DNA from: an uncultured beta proteobacterium
Lineage (GTDB): Bacteria > Pseudomonadota > Gammaproteobacteria > Burkholderiales > Casimicrobiaceae
NCBI GenBank assembly: GCA_963725735.1
Contig: CAVRZM010000014.1
Span: 273,668-337,667, forward strand
Length of the DNA: 64,000 bases
Reading direction: 5' to 3'
Shown here: positions 48,271 to 61,467 of the stretch, piece after piece
Layout of the letters: every line of letters starts with the position of its first letter
Numbering within the stretch: position 1 is the stretch's first letter
Position numbers and translations under genes: made by a program
The notes under the pieces: generated by a model
Told to the model about the DNA's origin: nothing
The model's input: the letters and a program-made list of their open reading frames with translations, nothing else
Database searches by the model: none

Positions 48271-49378
48271 ATGCAACTAAAACAGATCGCACGCGACGCG
48301 CTCTTGAAACCGTTGCAGGCCGTGTCCGGCATCGTTGAACGACGGCACACGCTGCCGATCCTCGCCAACGTGCTGCTCGAGCAGCGCGACGGCAGCCTGT
48401 ACGTGACGGCCACCGATCTCGAGATGCAGATCACCGCGCACAGCGAGATGCCGGGCAAGGATGGCCAGGCCATCACGGTGGGCGCGCGCAAGCTGCAGGA
48501 TCTGCTGCGCGCGCTGCCCGACGACGCGACGCTCAACATCGACGTCGGCAACAACAAGATGACGGTGCGGGCAGGGCGCTCGCGCTTCAACCTGCAGACG
48601 CTCGCCGCCGCCGACTATCCGCGCATCAGCCTCGGCACCGAGCAGCTGCAGACGCTGTCGCTGCCGCAGAAGGACCTGCGCTCGCTGTTCAAGCTGGTCG
48701 AGTTCGCGATGGCGCAGCAGGACATCCGCTACTACCTGAACGGCATGCTGCTGGTCGTCGATCACGGCACGCTGCAGGCGGTGGCCACCGACGGCCATCG
48801 GCTGTCGTGGGCGAGCATTCGCGGTCGCCGGCGACTACGCCCGCCAGGAAGTGATCCTGCCGCGCAAGACCGTGCTGGAGCTGGGCAAGCTGCTCACGGA
48901 CAGCGAGGAGCCGGTCACGCTCGACATCCTCGCCAACCAGGTGCGCTTCCGCTTCGCCAACGTGGAGCTGGTGTCGCAAGGTGGTCGACGGCAAGTTCCC
49001 GGACTTCAACCGCGTCATTCCGGTGGGCCATACGAAGCAGGTCGAGCTCGACCGCGCTCGAGCTGCTGGCGGCGCTGCAGCGCGCGGCGATCCTCTCGAA
49101 CGAGAAGTTCCGCGGCGTGCGCGTCGTGCTCGCGCGCCGACCAGCTCAAGATCATCTGCACGAACAGCGAGCAGGAAGAGGCCGAGGAGGAGCTCGAGGT
49201 CGCGTACAAGGGCGATCCGCTCGACATCGGCTTCAACATCACGTATCTGCTCGACGCGCTGTCGAATCTTTCGGTCGAGCGCGTGCGCTTCGCGTTCGGC
49301 GACGCCAATTCGAGCGCGCTGGTGACCATGCCCGAACGCGACGACTACAAGTACGTCGTCATGCCCATGCGAATCTGA
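48271..49378 (+). CDS. dnaN: DNA polymerase III beta clamp (frameshifted)
   Basis: RHTLPILANV, ATDLE, DIRYYLNG, VATDGHRL, YVVMPMRI. Confidence 0.97.
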
Positions 49379-49492
49379 CGCGGTGGCCGCTGTCCGCCCA
49401 CGTCTGGCAGGAACGCCGCTGCCGCGCATGGTCGGCGGCAACTCGTCGTAAACCGGGCGCTCGGCGCGGCCGCCGCCCCAGATCGAAGACTC

Positions 49493-51959
<2,467 letters not shown>

Positions 51960-52157
51960 GTGGTGCCTGGCCGGCAGCGAAGGACCACGCTGGTGTCGGC
52001 TGTAGCCGCGGTGCTGGCCGTGGGCGCATGCAGTGCTCCGCCGGCGCGTGACGGCAGCGTCGGCACCACGAAGGAAGATCCGTGGCGCACGCAAGGGTCG
52101 GTCACCGTCGGGCCCGCCGTGGGCACGCCTTCCGACCCCGCTACCAGGCGCCCCTGA
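51960..52157 (+). CDS. Putative small lipoprotein
   Basis: Basic N-terminus, hydrophobic stretch, lipobox-like VGAC; fills the gyrB-TMEM175 gap. Confidence 0.45.
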   Translation: MVPGRQRRTTLVSAVAAVLAVGACSAPPARDGSVGTTKEDPWRTQGSVTVGPAVGTPSDPATRRP

Positions 52158-52176
52158 CCCCCCGGGAACCATCATC

Positions 52177-52763
52177 ATGGGCAAGACCCGCCTCGAGGCA
52201 TTCAGCGATGGCGTGATCGCCATCATCATCACCATCATGGTGCTCGAGATGAAGGTGCCGCACGGCGAATCGCTGGGAGGCGCTGTCGCCGCTGCTGCCC
52301 GTGTTCCTGAGCTACGTGCTGAGCTTCGTCTACGTCGGCATCTACTGGAACAACCATCACCACATGCTGCACGCCTGCGCGCGCGTCTCGGGCAGGGTGC
52401 TCTGGGCCAACCTGCATCTCCTGTTCTGGCTGTCGCTGTTTCCGTTCGCCACGGGGTGGATGGGCGAGAACCATTTCGCCGCCGCGCCGACGGCGCTCTA
52501 CGGCGCGGTCCTGCTCATGGCGGCGATGCGCGTACTGGATCCTGCAGCAGTCGATCATCGCCGTGGAAGGCGAAGTGTCCAGGCTGAAGGCGGCCGTCGG
52601 CGGCGACTGGAAGGGCAAGCTGTCGCCGGCGCTGTACGCGCTCGCGATCGCCGTGTCGTACTGGCGACCGGCGATCGCGCTGGCCATCTATACGGGGGTG
52701 GCGCTGTTGTGGCTCATCCCCGACCGCCGCATCGAGCACGTGCTCGCGGGGCGCGAGGAGTAG
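52177..52763 (+). CDS. TMEM175-family K+ channel protein (frameshifted)
   Basis: RLEAFSDGVIAIIITIMVLE, YWNNHH, LWANLHLLFWLSLFPF. Confidence 0.9.
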
Positions 52764-52787
52764 GGCGGCGCCGCGCGCGCGGCAACG

Positions 52788-54692
<1,905 letters not shown>

Positions 54693-54879
54693 CGATCGGT
54701 GCGTGGACACGTGCCTTCGCTTCGATACGCGCACGATCGCATCGAGCGCCCCCAGGCGCAATGCGCAGGACGGGTATTGGGCCATACGCAGCGGATGCCT
54801 GTGCAGACGGGCATGCCCGCGCGCGCATGTCGGAACTATCCTACATGCGCCATCCCCGCGTGTCGCCGAAGGGCGCGGC

Positions 54880-55599
54880 GTGACATCGCTCCTGTCGGGC
54901 CAGTCGCAGTTCGCGTTCCCCACGTTCTCCCGCCGCGCTGCCGCAGGTGAAGGCGGGCAAGCTGCGCGCGCTCGCCGTCACGAGTCCCCGCCGCAATCGC
55001 CAGCTGCCCGACGTGCCGACCATCACGATCTCCGGCGCGCCTTTGTACGGTACATGCACCACGTCGATGCCGGCGGTCTTCTGGAACGTCGCGCCCGCGA
55101 GATGCGCGAGGCTTCCCGGGCCGCCGGACCCGTAGTTGAGTGCGCCGGGTTTGGCCTTCGCGAGCGCGACGAGGTCGGCCACACTCTTCGCGGGCGAGTC
55201 GGCCGGCACGACGAGCAGCGACGGCATCGTGATGAGCAGCGACACCGGCGCGAAGTCGCGCACCGGGTCGTAGTTGACCTTGCGGTAGAGCGCCGGGTTG
55301 ACGACGTGCGACGAGGTCGCGAGCAGCAGCGTGTAGCCGTCCGCGGGCGCCTTGGCCGCGACCTCGGCGCCGATGTTGCCGCCGGCGCCGCCGCGGTTCT
55401 CGATCACGACCGGCTGGCCCAGGCGCGGGGCGAGACGCTCCGCGACGTTGCGTGCGAGGACGTCCGGCGCGCTGCCCGGAATGAACGGCACCACGAGCCG
55501 GATCGGCTTCACCGGATATTGCGCGCCGGCGAGCGGCATGCCCGCGAGAGCGCATGCGGTCACGGCGAGCAGGCGGGCGAAGTCGCGGCGCGCGTTCAT
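54880..55599 (-). pseudogene. Bug/TctC-family receptor, truncated, with internal segment 54880-55024 inverted
   Basis: Minus strand YPVKPIRLVVP...HVPYKGAPEIV; its continuation TSLLSGQ...GKLRALAVT...LPDVPT lies on the plus strand; C-terminus absent. Confidence 0.85.
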
Positions 55600-55635
55600 G
55601 CGGTCTCCTCGGAAGGCGATTCGGTGCGCGGGGCG

Positions 55636-57096
55636 TCAGTTGATCTCGGGGCGCTGGCCCGGTGCGGGCGTGAAGCCCAGGTCGCCGCGCGCGAGCGCCG
55701 CCTCGCGGCCGCCGAACGAGGCCAGCAGCTCGGCCTGCCGCGCCTTCGCGCGGGCGTCCACGGCATCGGGATCGAGGATCGTGCGCAGCCGCGCCGCGCA
55801 TTCGGCCACCACGGCGGCGCAGGCCGGATCGCGCGCGCGATCGACGAGCTCCTCGGGGTCGGCGTCGAGATCGAAAAGCTGCGGCGGACCCGCGACGTAG
55901 TGGCAGTACTTGTAGCGGCCGTGCCGCAGCATCGTCGCGCCGGCCGTGGAGCCGATGGCGTGGTACTCGGAGAGCACGGGCCGCGGCGGCCGGGCGCCAT
56001 TCGCGACGTCGACCAGCGCAGTGGCCGGACAGCGGCGCAAGCGGCGCGACGCCGGCGGCAGCGAGAACGGTCGGCGCGAAGTCGACGTGGCTCACCGGGG
56101 TCGCGCACGTCGCTGCCCGCGCGCGAACCCGGGCCCGGCGAGCGATCAGCGGCACCCCGGCGGACTCCTCGTAGAACGTCGACTTGCCCCACAGGCCGCG
56201 CGCGCCGACGTTGTCGCCGTGATCGCTCGTGTAGAGCACGCGCGTCGACTCGCCGAGGCCGGCGTCCGTCGAGCGCGCCAGCACCTTGCCCACGTTCTCG
56301 TCCATCGCCGACACCAGCCCCGCGTAGCCGGCGAGCGCGCGATGCACGTCGGACGCGTCGCCGGAAGTGCGTGTCGTAGTCGACGCACGCGCGCGTAGTC
56401 GTCGGTGAACACGTGGTGCGGACGCTCGTGCTTCGCGTACTGCTTCGGCAGCGGCAGGCGCATGCGTGCGTAGCGGTAGTACCACTCGGGCGGCGCGGTC
56501 AGCGGAAAGTGCGGCGCGACGAACGAGACGAACAGCACCCACGGCCGTGCCGTCGTCGCGCGTCGCCTCCTCGTGCAGCCAGATCTGCGCGCGCGCCGCG
56601 ATCTCGCGGTCGTAGACGGTGTACGGCGACTCGCCGGGGCCGGCGTAGCTTGGCCATCTTGTCGCCGCCCTTGCGCACGGGGATGTTCTCGCGCACGAGG
56701 CCCTTCACGTCGCCGATGCCGTCGATCACGTGCATCGGCACGATCTCCTCGGTGAAGCCGTGGTCGTCGCCGGGACGGCCGCGGAAGTGCAGCTTGCCGA
56801 TCGACACCACGCGATGCCCCGCCGCGCGCAGCGCGTGGTGCCAGCTCGGCATCGCGCCGTCGTAGGCATCGCCGTTGTCCCAGTAGCCGATCTCGTGCAC
56901 GTAGCGGCCGGTGGCGAACGCCGCGCGCGCCGGCACGCAGATCGGGCAGGTGGTGTACGCGGACGTGAAGCGCGTGCCGCGCGCGCGCGAGCGCGTCGAG
57001 GTTGGGCGTCTCGATGTACGGGTGCCCGGCAACGCCGAGGTACTTGGGGTTGTGCTCGTCGGACATCAGCACGAGCACGTTGGAGCGGCGGGTCAT
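55636..57096 (-). CDS. Cys-type sulfatase, choline-sulfatase-like (frameshifted)
   Basis: NVLVLMSDEH, TPNLD, CVPARA (CxPxR), IGKLH, YTSDHG, QLFDLDADPEE. Confidence 0.9.
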
Positions 57097-57154
57097 GAGG
57101 CCGGGGCGCGGAACGGGACGAGGCATTGTAGGCGCGAACGCGCGACGGCGGCAG

Positions 57155-57787
57155 TCAGCGGGAGGGTGCCACGAGCGCGGCCACGAGCGTCGCCCCAAGC
57201 CAGGCTTCGTAGCGATCGGCGGTCCAGCCGCCTTCCTGCACGAGCATGCGATAGACGTCGCGGCCCGTGTACATCCAGAGGATGCGGCGGGCCTCGTCGA
57301 GCGCGAGTCCCTGCGCCTGCCGCTTCTGCGCAAACAGCGCACGCACGCGTGCTTCCTGCATCTCGTAGCGGAGGTTCTCGAACTCCTGCTCGAGCCTGCG
57401 CAGCGCGGGCGAGTAGGCGGACGCGCCGCGGATCAGGCCGAGCTCCGCGCTTTCGCCCTCGTAGATGGCGCGCGCCACGCGCGGCGTGAGGCGGATCAGC
57501 TCGACGGGGTCGCCGACGCCGTCGAGCTGCGCGCGCGCGGCGGCGAAGCGCGCGCCGAACAGGGCCGCGCGCATCAGCTCGCGCAGGAGCCCTTCCTTCG
57601 ACTTGTACAACGCATAGACGGTCGAGCCGGCGACCTCCGCCCTGGCGGCGATCTGCGCGATGGTCACCCCGTCGATGCCGTGGCGCACGAAGAGCACGCG
57701 CGCGGCCTTGAGCACGCGGTCGCGCGTCGCCTGCGCGCCGAGGGTACGGGCTTCGGACACGTAGGGACGAGGGCGGGCGCTTGACAT
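57155..57787 (-). CDS. TetR-family transcriptional regulator
   Basis: VTIAQIAARAEVAGSTVYALYKSKEGL. Confidence 0.9.
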   Translation of the reverse strand: MSSARPRPYVSEARTLGAQATRDRVLKAARVLFVRHGIDGVTIAQIAARAEVAGSTVYALYKSKEGLLRELMRAALFGARFAAARAQLDGVGDPVELIRLTPRVARAIYEGESAELGLIRGASAYSPALRRLEQEFENLRYEMQEARVRALFAQKRQAQGLALDEARRILWMYTGRDVYRMLVQEGGWTADRYEAWLGATLVAALVAPSR

Positions 57788-57814
57788 ATTGAATATAGTA
57801 AACTACATTGAATA
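57781..57814. promoter_or_regulatory. Overlapping divergent sigma-70 promoters and candidate TetR operator
   Basis: Plus: TTGACA-17bp-TACATT; minus: TACTAT 7 bp before the tetR ATG; ATTGAATA twice, flanking TAGTAAACTA. Confidence 0.65.
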
Positions 57815-57837
57815 CTCAGGGGCCGAAGGAGCCGGCG

Positions 57838-58089
57838 ATGACCTTCCAAGCATATCTCGACAACATCGAGCGGAAGACGGGGAAGACGCCCGAGGACTTC
57901 CGGGCGCTCGCGCAGCGCAACGGACTGCTGCGCGAGGGATTGAAGGCCGGCGAGCTCGTAGCCTGGCTCAAGCGCGACTTCGATCTCGGCCACGGGCATG
58001 CGATGGCGGTCTGGGCGGCGTTCACGCGCAGCGGGTGGGTGCCCGCGGCGAGACCGTCACCAGCGAAGCGCGCGGGCGGCAAGCGCTGA
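57838..58089 (+). CDS. DUF4287-family protein
   Basis: MTFQAYLDNIERKTGKT...WLKRDFDLGHGHAMA; AAGGAG RBS. Confidence 0.85.
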   Translation: MTFQAYLDNIERKTGKTPEDFRALAQRNGLLREGLKAGELVAWLKRDFDLGHGHAMAVWAAFTRSGWVPAARPSPAKRAGGKR

Positions 58090-58243
58090 CGCTCGCCGCC
58101 TCGATGTCCTTGCGGGATAGGCAGCCTCGCGCCTCGCGATCGGCGTCGCGTCCTTCCCGCTCGCCGGGCCATCGCTCCGGCCGCCGTCTGCGGTAGGATC
58201 GTCGCTCGGGGAATCCCGGGCGCCAGCGGGGCGCCACCGCACG

Positions 58244-59554
58244 ATGGAAATCTGCGTCATCGGTGCCGGTCCGTGCGGCATCGCCGCCGCCAAATGCCTG
58301 CGCGACGAGGGGTTCACGCGCGTCACGGTCTACGATCGCGGCGAGGTCGTGGGCGGCAACTGGGTGTTCGACGCGACGTCCGGCCACGCGAGCGTGTACG
58401 AGACGACGCGCAGCATCAGCTCGAAGAAGTTCTCGCAGTACGCGGACTTCCCGATGCCGGCGCATTACCCGCACTACCCGTCGCACGAGGAGCTCGCCGC
58501 GTATTTCCAGGCGTATGCGCGGCACTTCCGGCTCGAGCCGCTGCTTCGCTTGTCGACGGCGGTCCTTCACTGCACGCGCACTGCCGACGGACGCTGGGCG
58601 GTGACGACCGAATGCGACCGCGTGCAGACGACGCACGTCTTCGATCAGCTCGCGGTGGCCAACGGTCATCACTGGCAGCCGCGCTGGCCCTCGTACCCGG
58701 GCGCGTTCGCGGGCGAGTATCTCCACGCCCACCACTATCGGCGGGCTGCACCGTTTGCCGGCAAGCGCGTTCTCGTGGTTGGCGGCGGCAATTCGGGATG
58801 CGACATCGCCGGGGGGGTGGCGGCGAGTGTCGACGCCTCCTGGCGGCGCGGCTACTGCATCGCGCCGCGCTTCGTGCTGGGCCTGCCCGCCGACGCGTTC
58901 GTCCAGTCCGGCACGGCGTCCCGCGCCCCAGGCCCCGGCGGGACGTGGACGGATCGCGCATTCATGGGCTTCATGCGCTGGCGCAACGCGCGCTCCGGAC
59001 TGCCGCCGCCCACGCATCCCGCGCACGCGAGCCACCCCACGATCAACGACGAGTTCGCACGCTGCGTGCGCCGGGGACGTGTGCGCATGCGGGCCGACGT
59101 CGCCGCGTGGCACGGTCATGAAGTCGCGTTCGTCGACGGCAGCCGCGCGTCCTACGACACGGTCATCGCGGCCACCGGCTACGTGATCAGCCATCCCTTC
59201 TTCGCACCCGATCTCGTGGACTATTCACGCGGGCCGGTGCCGCTCTATCTGCGCATGATCCATCCGCGTTGGTCGAACCTGCACTTCATCGGGCTGTTCC
59301 AGCCGCTCGGTTGCATATGGACCGCGGCGGAGCTGCAGGCCAAGATCATGGCGCGCCGGCTCGCCGGCTCGTGGCAGCCGCCGGTGGACCTCGATGGGGC
59401 GATTGCCCACGAACTTGCGCATCCGGATGTGCGCCAGGTCGACAGTCCGCGGCACACGATCACGGTCGACGGGCCGGCGTTCTGCCGGCGGCTGCGCTCC
59501 CATCTGCCGGCCGATTACGTGCGACGGGAGCCCGCGGCGGAACCGGTTGCCTGA
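58244..59554 (+). CDS. Flavin-containing monooxygenase (class B FMO)
   Basis: VIGAGPCG, FAGEYLHAHHY (FxGxxxHxxxY), VVGGGNSG, ATGY. Confidence 0.92.
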   Translation: MEICVIGAGPCGIAAAKCLRDEGFTRVTVYDRGEVVGGNWVFDATSGHASVYETTRSISSKKFSQYADFPMPAHYPHYPSHEELAAYFQAYARHFRLEPLLRLSTAVLHCTRTADGRWAVTTECDRVQTTHVFDQLAVANGHHWQPRWPSYPGAFAGEYLHAHHYRRAAPFAGKRVLVVGGGNSGCDIAGGVAASVDASWRRGYCIAPRFVLGLPADAFVQSGTASRAPGPGGTWTDRAFMGFMRWRNARSGLPPPTHPAHASHPTINDEFARCVRRGRVRMRADVAAWHGHEVAFVDGSRASYDTVIAATGYVISHPFFAPDLVDYSRGPVPLYLRMIHPRWSNLHFIGLFQPLGCIWTAAELQAKIMARRLAGSWQPPVDLDGAIAHELAHPDVRQVDSPRHTITVDGPAFCRRLRSHLPADYVRREPAAEPVA

Positions 59555-59581
59555 GCGCGGGCGTCGGGCCGTGTGGCCGCG

Positions 59582-60550
59582 TCAGTCCGCGGGCGGAATC
59601 TTCGCCTTCTCGACGATCTCGCGATAGCGCGCGATGTCGCCGTCGTATCGGCGCGCCGATTCCTCCGGCGTGCGCTGGACCGCCGTCGCGCCGTTCTGCC
59701 GGAACTGCGCGACCACCTCGGGCATGGCGGTGACGGCATTGAACGCGGTCGACAGCCTGCGCACGATCTCCGGCGGGGTACCCGCGGGCACATAGGCGCC
59801 GAAGAAGCTGCTGTAGGTGAACGACGGCAGGCCGGCCTCGGCGGTGGTGGGCACGCCCGGCAGGTCGGGGTCGCGCTGCGGTCCCGTGACGGCGAGCGCG
59901 CGCAGCCTGCCCGACGCGATGTGGGGCATGAGGCCCGGGGCGTTGACGATCATGAAGTCGGCGTCGCCGCGCAGCAGTCCCGTGATGGCATCCGACGCGC
60001 CGCGATAGGGGACGATGGTGACGTCGGTCCCCGTCTCGAGCTTCCACAGCTCGATGCCGAGGCGCGCGCCGTTGGACGCGAAGTTGTACTTGCCCGGGTT
60101 CTTCCTGAGCAGATCGATGAACTCGGCGAGCGACTTCGCCGGGACCTTCTCTGCGTTGACGACCACGAGGTTGTAGTACTCGCACAGCACGGCGACCGGA
60201 CGCAGCTCCTTCGCGGGGTCGAAGCGCAGCTTTCCGTACATCACCGGGTTGACCGTGGCCGCACTCGAGTTGAAGAGGAGGGTGTAGCCGTCCGGCGGCG
60301 ATTTGGCGGCGGCTTCCATTCCGATGTTGCCGTCCGCGCCGCCCTTGTTGTCGATCACCACCGGCTGGCCCAGCTGCTTCGCGAGCCGCTCGCTCACGAG
60401 GCGGGCGAACACGTCGGTGCCGCCGCCGGCGGGGAACGGCACGATGGCCTTGATGGCGTGATCGGGATATTGCGCGAAGGCGGGCGGCGCGACGCACGCG
60501 ACGAGCAGCGCCGCGATCCGCGCGAAATGGCGCGAGGCAACCAACTTCAT
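59582..60550 (-). CDS. Bug/TctC-family tripartite tricarboxylate transporter receptor
   Basis: VPFPAGGGTD, NKGGADG, VPYRG, GRLRALAVT, PAGTP. Confidence 0.93.
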   Translation of the reverse strand: MKLVASRHFARIAALLVACVAPPAFAQYPDHAIKAIVPFPAGGGTDVFARLVSERLAKQLGQPVVIDNKGGADGNIGMEAAAKSPPDGYTLLFNSSAATVNPVMYGKLRFDPAKELRPVAVLCEYYNLVVVNAEKVPAKSLAEFIDLLRKNPGKYNFASNGARLGIELWKLETGTDVTIVPYRGASDAITGLLRGDADFMIVNAPGLMPHIASGRLRALAVTGPQRDPDLPGVPTTAEAGLPSFTYSSFFGAYVPAGTPPEIVRRLSTAFNAVTAMPEVVAQFRQNGATAVQRTPEESARRYDGDIARYREIVEKAKIPPAD

Positions 60551-60580
60551 GGGCGATCTCCTCCTGGGGGCGTCATCACG

Positions 60581-61417
60581 TCAGCGCAGCTTCCACACCG
60601 GCTTGCGCCTTTCCTTGAACGCGCGCGAGCCTTCCGCGCCGTCTTCGCTCTCCGCGGTCTCCTGGTCGAGGTGCTTCGCGTAGGCGACGAGCGACGGCGG
60701 AAACGCGGCGGTCAGGCGATAGAGCCGCACCGCCGCCTGCACCGCGAGCGGCGAGCTCTCGCACACCATCTCCGCCATCGTTTCCGCGGCGGCCATGAGC
60801 TCGCTCTGCGGCACCACCTTGTTGACGATCGCCTGCGCGAGGCACTCCTGCGCAGTGAGGCGGCCGTTGCACAGCGTGAGGTACGCGGCCGTGGTGCGCG
60901 GCAGCGCGGTGTAGAGGTTGTGGCACGAGCCCAGGCGGCCGATCTTGGTGTGCGTGTCGCCGATCCAGGCGGTGTCGGCCATCACGCGCAGCTGGCATTG
61001 CAGCGCGAGCGTGAGCCCGACGCCGACGGCCAGCCCGTTGATCGCGGCAATCAGCGGCTTCTCCAGGTTCGCGTCGGCCGGCGTGCCGCCGCCGCCCCAG
61101 TGGAACAGCGGATTGTTGGGATCCTCGTGCGGCGTGCGGATGCCCTTGGCCTGGTATTCGGCGAGGAACTTGACGTCGCGACCCGCGCAGAACGCCTTGT
61201 CGCCGGCGCCGGTGAAGATGCCGACGTAGATGTCCGGATCGAGCCCGATGTCGCGCCAGCAGGCGCGCAGCTCCGCGTACGCATAGGAATGCAGCGCGTT
61301 CATGACCTCGGGCCGGTTGATCGTGACGTAGGCCACGTGACCCTTCTTCTCGTAGAGCACGTGCTCGAGGTTGCGCGGCGCCGAGGCGGGATCGTAGGGG
61401 GATTCGTAGCGAGGCAT
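60581..61417 (-). CDS. Crotonase/enoyl-CoA hydratase superfamily protein
   Basis: INRPEVMNAL, GDKAFCAGRDV, KPLIAAINGLAVG, AFKERRKPVW. Confidence 0.9.
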   Translation of the reverse strand: MPRYESPYDPASAPRNLEHVLYEKKGHVAYVTINRPEVMNALHSYAYAELRACWRDIGLDPDIYVGIFTGAGDKAFCAGRDVKFLAEYQAKGIRTPHEDPNNPLFHWGGGGTPADANLEKPLIAAINGLAVGVGLTLALQCQLRVMADTAWIGDTHTKIGRLGSCHNLYTALPRTTAAYLTLCNGRLTAQECLAQAIVNKVVPQSELMAAAETMAEMVCESSPLAVQAAVRLYRLTAAFPPSLVAYAKHLDQETAESEDGAEGSRAFKERRKPVWKLR

Positions 61418-61467
61418 GGGACAGCTCCGTCGGGGTGAGGGGACGTGGCGCGCGCGCGAAGGGCGCG

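Noticed and set aside
49379-49492. Absence of recF between dnaN and gyrB
   Set aside because: Common in Betaproteobacteria, not novel
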